From a bacterium (GTDB taxonomy: Archaea; Micrarchaeota; Micrarchaeia; Micrarchaeales; CABMGC01): a stretch of DNA of 64,000 nucleotides. The DNA lies in NCBI GenBank assembly GCA_021829835.1, contig JAKBPE010000002.1, forward strand, positions 21,498 through 85,497, in the 5' to 3' direction. The position numbers were made by a program, and so were the translations under genes. Under the pieces are notes generated by a model. The model worked only from the letters and a program-made list of their open reading frames with translations. It made no database searches and was not told the origin of the DNA. Positions within the stretch are counted from its first letter, which is position 1. Each line of letters begins with the position of its first letter. Shown in pieces: positions 45,672 to 55,900 of this stretch.

Positions 45672-46964
45672 CTATGTTGCATTTGTCATACTGTAATATC
45701 CTGCATTTGATATGATTCCAGTTCTGTATTCAGTATCTTCCGTAGGATAAATTACCGATCCATTTCCAAGCACAAGTTTTCCATCGAAGGTTAATAACAC
45801 AGATTTTCCCGGCCCGAGCAAATATCCATAACTTCCGTTAAATGCTTGATTATATTTGTTTTTGGTATATGTGCCATTTATAAAAGTAAGATTTCCTTCA
45901 GGACCTACTGAAAATGCTATTGCATCGACCTTACTCCAAATTCCTGTATTGTTTTTATTCAATATTACAAGATTTTTCAAAGAGATATTCCTGTCTCCAG
46001 TATTCTCTATATCTGCCGATAAGCTTATGTTCCCCGAAGCTTCTTTTAATATGGAAACTGAGACTATCTTCATATATCTTCCAAATCTGAGACCTGTATA
46101 GTATTCACGATTCAATGCAATATTCTTTCCATACTCTTTTTTAAACATACCTACTGTGGTCTTCATGCCTCTGTCTAATATTGCCTTGATTCCCGGAAGC
46201 ATCAAGAATCCTTCCTTTTTCCCATTGTAAACTTGAAATACAATTGGTGAGAAATCAAGAATTATTTCAGAACTCGAATTTATTGTAGCATTTTCAGTTA
46301 TTGCGGCTGTTATGTTTCCTGTAGGTACAACTACATTATATGTTGTATTGTCTATCTCTATCTGTGCCGAATCTATCTTAAAACTTACTTCATTTATCTT
46401 CGAATTATGGGAAACTTCAACACTGCTTATTATTTTGCTTACATTTATCAACGAAAGCAGATTGACAGTGCCACTTGAATTTGTTTCTATCCATTCAGGG
46501 CCTACTCCACCTACTGTATGTACGGCTATCCCTGAATAGTTTATGTAAAGTGCCTGAGTTCCAAAAGGGACTGTGGGCGGGTCAGTTAGGCCTATCTGTA
46601 CAATGCTGCTGCTTTGGGCGTTATAAATCAAAACAAGATAAGATAGCAACACCACCCCTGTCAGAATCAATCCTACAGTATAAAAAAATACCCTTTTGTT
46701 AAAATTTGCGCTTATTTTTTTCAGCATGGGCTCTTCTATTCCGAATTTTGAATAATCAAATTCAGGATTTAGTTTGTAGTATTTCCATTTTTTCATATTC
46801 CAGTTATCCGATTCCTCTATTGCGCCTATCTCCTTCAATTCTTTCAGGTGCTGACTTACAGTGGAAGGCGCCAAATCGAGTTTCTTGGATATGTCAGTAA
46901 GCGTCTGTTCATGAGAATTTATTATTCCCAATATCTTATTTTTTGTTGTATTGCTTCTTCCCAT
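45672..46964 (-). CDS. ArsR-type HTH protein fused to a TM helix and a large extracytoplasmic domain
   Basis: N-terminal ILGIINSHEQTLTDISKKLDLAPSTVSQHLKELKEIGAIEE. One TM helix (FFYTVGLILTGVVLLSYLVLIY). The remaining roughly 310-aa domain is beta-rich and sequon-rich. Confidence 0.7.
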   Translation of the reverse strand: MGRSNTTKNKILGIINSHEQTLTDISKKLDLAPSTVSQHLKELKEIGAIEESDNWNMKKWKYYKLNPEFDYSKFGIEEPMLKKISANFNKRVFFYTVGLILTGVVLLSYLVLIYNAQSSSIVQIGLTDPPTVPFGTQALYINYSGIAVHTVGGVGPEWIETNSSGTVNLLSLINVSKIISSVEVSHNSKINEVSFKIDSAQIEIDNTTYNVVVPTGNITAAITENATINSSSEIILDFSPIVFQVYNGKKEGFLMLPGIKAILDRGMKTTVGMFKKEYGKNIALNREYYTGLRFGRYMKIVSVSILKEASGNISLSADIENTGDRNISLKNLVILNKNNTGIWSKVDAIAFSVGPEGNLTFINGTYTKNKYNQAFNGSYGYLLGPGKSVLLTFDGKLVLGNGSVIYPTEDTEYRTGIISNAGYYSMTNAT

Positions 46965-47243
46965 AATCGGATTATGTGTCTATCATATTTAAAAATACAT
47001 GTTAAATAATTAGGTAATGCTTATGGTCTTTACTTATACCGAAATATGACCGAAACGAGCAATATCCAGTATCTTATCTGACGAATGTGTTTCTCTGCGA
47101 GAGCAGATTATACTGAATAGAATACTCCAAAACCGCATCATAACTAATCTAAATATCTTATTTCAGAAAAATGTGACAATTGGATATTATAAAAAAAGCT
47201 ATATATCTACAGGAACCAGGTGGGTTCAACTAACCGTGATTAG

Positions 47244-47873
47244 ATGGTTGAAAAAAATCTCCACAACACAGTAACTTCCAAACCAGAACAATCTTCCACC
47301 AAAGCAGGAAACAAATTTCTCGTGTTCATGGGATTACGGGGAAGTAACGCAGAACAACGAATACAAATTAGTCCTACAATAAAACCTGATGAAAAAGAGC
47401 CAAACCATCACTTACGCAACTCAAAGATATCAAAAGAGGATATAGAAAGATATAATTCCCTAATGAAAGATAAAAAGTATCTAGACGCAGCTTATCTTGC
47501 ACTTGCCAACGGACTAGGCAGCGGCAGAACCAAAAGAGCAGCTAATCGCGTTCATGGTCAATATATGGAGTCGAAGGAATTTCTTAAGGCATTTTTATTA
47601 TCCAAGGAACTAAGTCTGTCTCCTAAGAAAAGAGAGCAGGCAAAATTCAATGCGTTTGTAAGATATCTGGAAACCGGAGAATTTTATACAGCTTCTATAT
47701 TTGCGGGAACCTCACAGCTAAGCAAGGAAAAGATATTGGAGGGCATAACTCCCATATTGAATGAGCACAAACGCGAAGCCAACCATGAAGCAGTATTGGA
47801 ACTGGCATTACGTTTCAATGTTACAGTCCCTGATGATATCCTTTCCTTATTGGAGAATACTAAAAGGGAATAA
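47244..47873 (+). CDS. Hypothetical protein
   Basis: 209-aa ORF with a plausible helical composition and no recognisable motif. Confidence 0.45.
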   Translation: MVEKNLHNTVTSKPEQSSTKAGNKFLVFMGLRGSNAEQRIQISPTIKPDEKEPNHHLRNSKISKEDIERYNSLMKDKKYLDAAYLALANGLGSGRTKRAANRVHGQYMESKEFLKAFLLSKELSLSPKKREQAKFNAFVRYLETGEFYTASIFAGTSQLSKEKILEGITPILNEHKREANHEAVLELALRFNVTVPDDILSLLENTKRE

Positions 47874-47936
47874 TCTTCTTTTAGATTCTTGTTTTTAGAT
47901 TTTAGATAACATAAATGCAAATATTCCTTTGTTCGG

Positions 47937-48620
47937 TTAGACACTTCGCGAACTGACCCATAACTGTTCAAATTCTTTCTTCAGTTTGATTACTCTTTCC
48001 ATGTCCTTTATTATTTCGATATGCTCTATGTTAGAGTGGGTGCCATTATAAGTGAAATTAGCTGATCCGTGTATTGCCTCGTTTTCACTTATGTAAAGTT
48101 TGGCGTGTACAAATCCTTCAGGCTTTCTTACAACTATTCTTGTCTTTCCCGGATTTAATGCTACAAACGAGATATACGATGCAAAGGCTGAAAAAAGAAG
48201 GATTGCCACAAACATAGGAAACTTCAAGTTTACATAAACCAGATAGTCAACTCCTAAAATCGCAACAATAACAGCAGAGAATATTTTTATGTTGCTGTTT
48301 CTAGAGAGAATGCGGGTTGCTTCCGCACTCATAGACGAAGAGATTATTCTTATCCTTTTTTTGCCGGCATTATCAAGAAGAAACCTTGCATAATGCTTAT
48401 CTACGTACGGCGATACTATCTGAATATCTTCCCCGTTCAATATCAGCCTATCTATATACTCATGGCAGTCGCTTCCTGAATAATATGTGGAAGCATTATT
48501 AAAAAATCCCATAATCCAATCTCCTGTACGGACACTTTTTCTTTTCCATACCAATACTACATAGTATCCGAATATTTTATATTCAGGCAGTAAAAGAGCA
48601 GAACATATGTACATTCGCAT
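47937..48620 (-). CDS. Phospholipase D/HKD-superfamily (Nuc-like) protein with an internal membrane hairpin
   Basis: Single HKD motif VHAKLYISENEAIHGSANFTYNG. Two hydrophobic helices (IFSAVIVAILGVDYLVYV; FPMFVAILLFSAFASYISFVAL) are inserted between the N-terminal PLD-fold half and the HKD motif. An alternative start at 48512 gives MGFFNN. Confidence 0.7.
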   Translation of the reverse strand: MRMYICSALLLPEYKIFGYYVVLVWKRKSVRTGDWIMGFFNNASTYYSGSDCHEYIDRLILNGEDIQIVSPYVDKHYARFLLDNAGKKRIRIISSSMSAEATRILSRNSNIKIFSAVIVAILGVDYLVYVNLKFPMFVAILLFSAFASYISFVALNPGKTRIVVRKPEGFVHAKLYISENEAIHGSANFTYNGTHSNIEHIEIIKDMERVIKLKKEFEQLWVSSRSV

Positions 48621-48753
48621 TCTTTCCGAAATGAATAACCTATTGTTGTTATAGGAAAAGCAAAGTTGAATAATTCCCTATTGCGCCTAAAAATGTATCT
48701 TCGCACTTGCATACACTTACTGCTTATAAGCTTTTCAGTACATTAATCATCCG

Positions 48754-49701
48754 ATGTCAAGCCGCAAAAGGACAGAATTAACAAGGAAGCTTTTTTTAGA
48801 TGAGCTCAGGGACTATCATCTATATAAAGAACTTGCAGAACACGAAAAGGACAAAATTCTGAAATCTGTTCTTGAAAACATGATTAAAACAGAGAAAAAG
48901 CATATGGACCTGTGGGGCGAAGCGGCTGGAATAGAAAGGACATACAAGAAAAGGCCTTCAGGCATCTCCTTACTTAAACTCTATCTGTATTTAGGGGCAA
49001 GAGGAATACTTGGGCTCCCATTTACACTGACTCTTCTGAGTAGAACTGAATTAAATAATCTCAACAGATATGAGCGTCTTACAAAAGGTACAGGAGTCTC
49101 AGATAAAGACAGAATCCGCTTCCTTTCCGTTATCTCAGACGAAAGGAAAAACGCAGTCAAAATAAGGTCAATTCTTGACAAGTACGGTGGAAATTTAGGC
49201 AATATACGTTCAATAATGTTGGGCTTGAATGACGGCCTTGTGGAGGTTCTTGCTGCTGTTTCGGGAATAGCTGTTATAGCGAACTCCCCGCTGGTAGTTG
49301 CCCTTTCAGGAATAATAATAGGCATTTCAGGGACCCTTTCAATGGCAGGAGGAGTCTATATCTCATCGAAATCACACGGGCTTATATCTTCTGATAAAAC
49401 AGAATCCGATTCATCAGAAAGCCCCAACAAGCAGGCATTATACACCGGCGTGTTCTATCTTGGCGGTGCGATAAGCGTTGTACTTCCATTTATTTTCGGG
49501 ATGTCAGGATTTGAAGGAATAGCAGCATCGCTTATCATATCATGTGCCATACTCGTTTTTGCTTCTACGGCAGTTGCAATATTAAGCAGCACAAGCATAA
49601 CAAAGCGCATATCAGAAACAATATTGATTTCATTAGGCGCTGTAGCAATAACTGTGGCTCTAGGAGCATTGTTGAGATTCTATTTCGGTATAAGCATATG
49701 A
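48754..49701 (+). CDS. VIT1/CCC1-family iron/manganese transporter with an N-terminal ferritin-like domain
   Basis: N-terminal DELRDYHLYKELAE...EKKHMDLW, VIT signature MLGLNDGLVEVLAAVSG, and C-terminal TM helices. Confidence 0.85.
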   Translation: MSSRKRTELTRKLFLDELRDYHLYKELAEHEKDKILKSVLENMIKTEKKHMDLWGEAAGIERTYKKRPSGISLLKLYLYLGARGILGLPFTLTLLSRTELNNLNRYERLTKGTGVSDKDRIRFLSVISDERKNAVKIRSILDKYGGNLGNIRSIMLGLNDGLVEVLAAVSGIAVIANSPLVVALSGIIIGISGTLSMAGGVYISSKSHGLISSDKTESDSSESPNKQALYTGVFYLGGAISVVLPFIFGMSGFEGIAASLIISCAILVFASTAVAILSSTSITKRISETILISLGAVAITVALGALLRFYFGISI

Positions 49702-49819
49702 TGCATGCTTGCATTAAAGCTGTTCAAATCCAGCAAAAACACCAATTCCTGTTTTTCTGTAAGATTTATATACATTAACAGCCTCTTTATACTTAAATAA
49801 TTACTTAGTAGAGGATGTT

Positions 49820-50224
49820 GTGAGCGAAGAATTTTCGTATGTCTCCATGAAAGAGATAAAGACTGGAAGGTTTATACTGATTGATGGGATACCGTGCAAG
49901 GTAGTGGAGATAGAGACATCTGCTCCTGGAAAGCACGGCTCCGCGAAGATGCGAGTTACCGCTGTCGGAATTTTTGAAGGCGGGAAGAAGACTCTTCTGA
50001 AGCCAAGCGATGCTGATGCTGAAGTTCCCATAGTAAACAAGAAGAAAGCACAGGTAGTCTCAGTATCAGGTGAAATATCGCAGATGATGGACTCTGAAAC
50101 ATATGAATCATTTGAGATAAAAGTACCTGATGAGTTCAAGAGTTCAATAAAACCAGGAGCGGAAGTCGAGCTTCTTGTTTACGGAGAAAAAAAGACAATA
50201 TCGAGAGTGCTTAACAGCGCGTGA
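49820..50224 (+). CDS. eif5a: Translation initiation factor 5A (aIF5A)
   Basis: Hypusination loop SAPGKHGSAKMRV; 134 aa. Confidence 0.92.
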   Translation: MSEEFSYVSMKEIKTGRFILIDGIPCKVVEIETSAPGKHGSAKMRVTAVGIFEGGKKTLLKPSDADAEVPIVNKKKAQVVSVSGEISQMMDSETYESFEIKVPDEFKSSIKPGAEVELLVYGEKKTISRVLNSA

Positions 50225-50229
50225 TTAAT

Positions 50230-50610
50230 ATGGAAATAAAAGTAACTAGCCAGACAGAGAACAAACTTTTTGACAGAAAAGAGATATACTTGGATGTATC
50301 CTATAAGGGAAATGCAACTCCTTCGAAAGAGTCGATGAGCCAAGAGATATGCAAAAAACTGAGCCTAAATCCTGCTCTCACCGTGGTTACAAAAATAACA
50401 CAGGCATTTGGAAACAATTCCAGCGAGGTTCTGGTTTATTCTTATATAAAGAAAGAGACCATGGCACATATAGAGCGTATCCAGGAGAAAAAGGAAGAAA
50501 AGCAGCCTGGTGATAATGCAAATCCAGGAACAACTGCAGAAAAGAAAGATAAAGGAAAGGCAGAGCCAGCTGAAAAAGAAGCAAAAAAGGAAGATAAAGC
50601 GCAGGTGTAA
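50230..50610 (+). CDS. rps24e: 30S ribosomal protein S24e (eS24) with a Lys/Glu-rich C-terminal extension
   Basis: [25 protein letters not shown]...TPSKESM pattern. The ATG at 50230 is preferred over the GTG at 50221. Confidence 0.85.
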   Translation: MEIKVTSQTENKLFDRKEIYLDVSYKGNATPSKESMSQEICKKLSLNPALTVVTKITQAFGNNSSEVLVYSYIKKETMAHIERIQEKKEEKQPGDNANPGTTAEKKDKGKAEPAEKEAKKEDKAQV

Positions 50611-50612
50611 TA

Positions 50613-50759
50613 ATGGCAAAAGAAACTAAAGGCAAAAAGACATCAGAATATAAAAATCCTGAAAAAATGTGCCCAAAATGCGGAGTAAGGATGGCAAACC
50701 ACAAAAACAGGTTCTCCTGCGGAAAATGTGGCTATACCGAGATGAAAAAAGAGGACTGA
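50613..50759 (+). CDS. rps27ae: 30S ribosomal protein S27ae (eS31)
   Basis: 48-codon ORF that is absent from the track. It was translated by hand as [48 protein letters not shown]. It has a CxxC...CxxC zinc ribbon and the conserved position directly after rps24e. Confidence 0.8.
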   Translation: MAKETKGKKTSEYKNPEKMCPKCGVRMANHKNRFSCGKCGYTEMKKED

Positions 50760-50859
50760 CAAAATCAAATCAAAACCTCAAAAAAAGAGAAGAATACGAA
50801 AACATCCCTATGACATAAAACATGGCATAAAAAGTTCTGCTGTATTCCTTATAATATTA

Positions 50860-51468
50860 GTGCTCCTATTTATAGCAGTAACGATTGTCCTTGGCATATT
50901 TTACTCCCCAAGTAGTTCAAATAACAGCCTGCTTTTCTTTGGAGATGCAATACTTGAGCTGATGTTTCCTTTATCTGTCATACTATATTTCAGGCTCTAT
51001 AAAAAAGCAGGCAGAGACGTTATAATAAGCAATCTAGGCATAGGCAAGAAGAATCTGAGCCTATACTTCATAGCATTGGGCTTGGTGCTCTTTTTCATAA
51101 TAACCATAATAGGAATCGGAATAGGATTAATAAGCAACATAACCGGCACATCTATCAGTACAAATGTCTCTGTTGCATTTGCAGGTGCTCCTCTCTGGTT
51201 CTATATATTTGCAGCGCTTGTGGCTCCTGTATGCGAAGAGATACTCTTCAGGGGATTCATGGTACCAAGAATAGGCATAGTGGCAAGTGCGGTTATTTTC
51301 GGGCTTCTTCATTTCTCATACAACTCCACATTCGGAATAGAGATCATAGCAGCAATGATCTTCGGACTCCTCGCAGGATATCTCTTCAAAAGAACCGGAT
51401 CGCTTTATCCTTCCATTCTTGCCCATATACTTGTAAATACACTTGCAGTGGTTATGCTCCTAAAATAA
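50860..51468 (+). CDS. CPBP-family intramembrane metalloprotease (CAAX protease/Abi family)
   Basis: Motifs APVCEEILFRGF, FGLLH and ILAHILVN in a polytopic protein. The start codon is uncertain. Confidence 0.8.
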   Translation: MLLFIAVTIVLGIFYSPSSSNNSLLFFGDAILELMFPLSVILYFRLYKKAGRDVIISNLGIGKKNLSLYFIALGLVLFFIITIIGIGIGLISNITGTSISTNVSVAFAGAPLWFYIFAALVAPVCEEILFRGFMVPRIGIVASAVIFGLLHFSYNSTFGIEIIAAMIFGLLAGYLFKRTGSLYPSILAHILVNTLAVVMLLK

Positions 51469-51521
51469 GAATTTAAGGAGGCATTGGGAACTGGTGTAGG
51501 ATTCCCATAAATAAAAATCAT

Positions 51522-52235
51522 CTATCGTATCTGCCTGTATTCTTTTCTAGGTTTCTTAAAGAAAGTGTACCTTGCCATATTGTTAACGTAAAAGGCAAAA
51601 AAACCTGAAACGCCCCACGCATTAATGCGCCTGACGCTTGTTTTAACTTCAGCATTGTCTACAAACTTTATTCTTCCTATTTTCTTAAGCCTTAAGGAAA
51701 GATCCCAGTCCTCATATGTTATCATCTTGGGATTGAAGCCTTTAACTTTTGCAAATGCATCTTTTCTTACTGCGAAGTTCGATCCGACTATACAAGGCCT
51801 TGAGAGCAATATTGAAGCTTTGACGAAAATCATCGAGACAAAAAAATATCCTGCACTTATTGTGGCTTTGGCTTTTTCAAGTGGTAAGACAGGCCCGGTA
51901 GCAGCAACAACTTTTTTATCCGCAAATACCTTTCTATATATCTCAAGAAGATAAGGGGATGGCCATGTATCCGCATCTAGGAAGAGAAGAAGCCTTCCTC
52001 TGGCAACTTCTGCACCGCTGTTTCTCGCCACTGCAGCTCCTGGTTTTTTCTGTATTATGACCCTGGCATGTTTTTTTGCTATCTTCACTGTATTGTCTCT
52101 GCTCCCTCCGTCTACTACTATTGTTTCGAAATTCTTAAATGTCTGAGAAGTGAGGCCTTTTATTGCATGGCCTATGTACTTCTCCTCATTCAATGCTGGT
52201 ATTATTACGCTTATCTCTGGATTCATTCTACTCAA
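51522..52235 (-). CDS. Family 2 glycosyltransferase
   Basis: ISVIIPALNEEKYI, VVDGGSRDNT and FLDADT (DxD) are present. A 4-nt overlap with the upstream gene suggests an operon. Confidence 0.85.
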   Translation of the reverse strand: MSRMNPEISVIIPALNEEKYIGHAIKGLTSQTFKNFETIVVDGGSRDNTVKIAKKHARVIIQKKPGAAVARNSGAEVARGRLLLFLDADTWPSPYLLEIYRKVFADKKVVAATGPVLPLEKAKATISAGYFFVSMIFVKASILLSRPCIVGSNFAVRKDAFAKVKGFNPKMITYEDWDLSLRLKKIGRIKFVDNAEVKTSVRRINAWGVSGFFAFYVNNMARYTFFKKPRKEYRQIR

Positions 52236-52873
52236 TCATCTGATTTCATGCTCTCATACACTTCTGCAACTCCCCTTGCAAGTATATATGCCACAAGGAT
52301 TCCAACAAGCAGATATCCTATTATTGCAGGATAGCCTGCAATATACATAAGCGCCAGGTATGAAAAAGCAAGGAATTTTACTACATTTATACCTCCTCTT
52401 GCTATATTTGAAGAGTACATAGCCTTGCCTATTCTGGTCTTCATCTTAGATGAAGTGCCTTTGGATGCCATCAGGGCATCTACAAATGAATGTCGTATGA
52501 TAACTATCAAAAGTACGTATATGGGGAGTACATGGAGGTAGGTAAAGACAATCCAGAAAGAATATTCGACCACTCTGTCTCCTGCAACATCCATTCTTGC
52601 GCCATGGGGTGCATGCTTCTTGATGATCTGCTTGACAGAAGAGACCTTTTCCTTCATAGCTCTGTCGCCAATGGCCGCTGAAAGATACTGGGTAAAGCTT
52701 ATCTTGCCTTTACTCTCTTCAGAGACTGCCATATATCCGTCGAGGCCGTCAAGTGCTATGACCAATGCTATCAAGAAGATTATCACAGCAGGAATAAATT
52801 TTATCAGCACGAGATAGACTACGACCAAAGCCATGGCTGTTCTGATGTATGTTGCTGCGTCTGCGGACCTCAT
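52232..52873 (-). CDS. CDP-alcohol phosphatidyltransferase-family membrane protein (atypical spacing)
   Basis: LDGLDGYMA (D-G-x2-A) and GARMDVAGD (G-x3-D-x3-D) are present but separated by a roughly 45-aa insertion. The protein is polytopic. Confidence 0.6.
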   Translation of the reverse strand: MRSADAATYIRTAMALVVVYLVLIKFIPAVIIFLIALVIALDGLDGYMAVSEESKGKISFTQYLSAAIGDRAMKEKVSSVKQIIKKHAPHGARMDVAGDRVVEYSFWIVFTYLHVLPIYVLLIVIIRHSFVDALMASKGTSSKMKTRIGKAMYSSNIARGGINVVKFLAFSYLALMYIAGYPAIIGYLLVGILVAYILARGVAEVYESMKSDD

Positions 52874-52970
52874 CGAATCTATTTAGATTATCGGAGCAAA
52901 TATTTAAAGCAGTTCTTGTAAGATAATAAGCATATAATAAGTTCTTAATTTTAGAAAGTGGGTATTGCAC

Positions 52971-55900
52971 ATGCTTGAGATAAGTAAAAACGAGGAAAAA
53001 ATAATAGAATACTGGAAAACCATCCAGATTCTGGAAAAAGCAAGGGAGAAAAACAGAGGAGGGAAACCCTTCTATTTTCTTGACGGGCCTCCATTTGTGA
53101 GCGGAGACCTTCATCCTGCACAGATATGGACCAAGTCAATAAAGGACGCATCTATACGATACAGAAGATACAGAGGTTATGATGTTATAGACCGCGCAGG
53201 ATATGATGTGCACGGCCTACCTGTAGAAAACAAGCTGGAAAAAGAGCTAGGCATACAGTCAAAAAAGGAGATAGAGCAAAAAATAGGCCTTGAAAAATTT
53301 ATAAACAGCTGCAGGGAGTATGTTGAGAGATATATAGGCAGAATGGACGCCGATTATGAGCGCTTCGGCATATCCTTGGATTTCAAGAATCCATATCTTC
53401 CTTACAAGAACGAATACATAGAAACCGCATGGCAGATGTTCAAAAAAGCCAGCGAGAACGGTTTCCTATATACTGGAAAACGCACACTCATCTACTGTCC
53501 TCATTGTGAAACCCCACTCTCCCAGGGAAGCATGGAGGTCGAATACAAAGAGACTGAAGATCCTTCAGCGTACGTTGCATTTAAAATAAATATGGATAAG
53601 TCAAAGCCCGGAATTGAACTGCCAAAAGACAGTTACCTTCTTATATGGACAACTACGCCATGGACTCTTCCTGCAAATGTAGCAATAGCTGTCAATCCGG
53701 AAAAACAGTACTTATTAATAAATTCGGAAGGCAGAAATCTTATAATTGCAAAAGAGCGTTTAGACGATTTTTCAGCAGCAACAGGAAAAAGCACAACTAT
53801 CCTTATGGAATTTCAAGGAATCATGCTAAAAAACACATATTATACGAGCCCACTCGCCGAAAAGGTTCCGGCACAGAAGAAACTGGAAAAGTACCATAAA
53901 GTTATCTTTTCAGAGAGTTTGGTGTCCATGGGTGAGGGAACAGGATTAGTCCATATAGCTCCAGGCAATGGAGTAGAGGACTTCTCATTGGGAAAGATAA
54001 ATAAGCTGCCAATTTTCAGTCCTATCAATCCAGACGCAACATACAGCGATGAAGCTGGAGAATACAAGGGAATAAAGGTCCCTACAGATGGCAACAAAGC
54101 AGTTATAAGAGACCTTGAGCTCTCAGGCGACCTCATAGGCAAAAAATTCATAAGGCACAGTTATCCATACTGCTGGAGATGCAGCTCTAAGCTTATATTT
54201 TTAGCCACTGATCAATGGTTCATAAACATAAAGAAGATGAAGAAAAAGATGATAAAACAGAATGAAAAGGTGAACTGGCATCCTTCAGAGGTAAAGGAGT
54301 GGCAGAGAGCAGTCCTTGAGAATTCTCCAGACTGGTGTATATCCAGGCAGAGATACTGGGGAGCGCCGATGCCTATCTGGAAATGCCAAAAATGCGGTAC
54401 AAACACAATTATAGGATCGCTTGAGGAATTAAAACAAAAAGCAGAAAATCCTTCAGAGTTTGAAATGCTAAAAGACCTGCATAGGCCATATATCGATAAA
54501 ATAAAGCTAAAATGCGACTGCGGAGGCGTTTCAGAGCGAATAAAAGACATCTTCGACGTCTGGTTTGATTCTGGAATAACTTTTAGGGCGAGCATGTCTG
54601 AAGAACAATTCGAGAAAGTCTTCCCTGCAGACCTTATTGTAGAGTATATAGAACAGATACGTGCATGGTTCCAATACCTGATGAAATGCGGCCTGATGAC
54701 TTATGGCAGAATACCGTTTGAGAATGTAATAGTTCATGGCATAATGTCAGGCACTGACGGTAGGAAGATGAGCAAGAGTTTCGGAAATTACAGGCCGCTT
54801 GGTGAGATAACTAAGATATTCGGGGCCGACGCCTTCCGTTTATGGAGCATAAATCATCCCCCAATACTTAACAGAAATCTAAACGAGAATGAGATAAGGG
54901 AGAGCCAGAAGACGGTGATAATGCTTTACAATATCTCAAGCCTGTTGGAGGAATACCAGGCGGCTTTGGGCCATGTTCCAAAGCCCGGAAAGAAGCCTTC
55001 CATCAGAAATATGGATCAGATAGACAGGTGGATGCTCTCAAGAACTGAGACTCTCATAAAAGAATGCACCAAGTATCTCGACGAATTTGAGACATACAAA
55101 GCTGCAGACCTCATGAATCGTTTCATAGTAGAGGACTTCAGCAGATTTTATCTGAAATCAGCAAAGAAAAGAATGAATGGTTACAGCAAGCAGAAGGCAA
55201 AAACCGTAGTAGAGACTGTAAGCTATGTACTTCACAGCATTCTTATTCCAGTATCGGTCATAATGCCTTTTCTTTCAGAATACATATACCTGGAGCGCTA
55301 TAAAGAAAAAGAATCGATATTCCTCGAAAACTGGCCTGCATATTCAAAAAAGCTCATAGACGAAGGATTGGAAAGTGAGATGGCTATTGCACAGGAGGTT
55401 GTAACTGCCATGCTCAACGCGAGGGAAAAAATAGGCATAAGGCTGAGGCAGCCGCTTGCAAACGGCACTATAGAAGTTGCTGATGATAAGGTAGCCGAAT
55501 CCCTAAAAAGGTTTTCTTATATTATAGAGGATTATGTCAACCTCAGAAAAGTTTCGATAAAGATAGGGAATTCTTCAAACAATGAAATACAGCCACAATT
55601 CAAGAGCATAGGTCCCGATTTCAAGGAGAATGCAGGTATCATAGCAGAAGCCTTAAAATCAGCCAATGCTGAAGAAATAATAAAAGCCGTGAAAGCATCA
55701 GGGAGTTATGAAATTAAGACTTCAAGAGGAAGTTTTGCCATAAACGAGAGGCATTTCACTATAGTAAAGAAGCTTCCTGCCGAAGATGCAATAGCATTCA
55801 GCCATGGCATAGTCTATCTTGATCCGACCATAGATGAAGAACTTAAGAACGAAGCCGCAATAAGAAACTTCGAGAGAAAGATCCAGACAGAGAGAAAATC

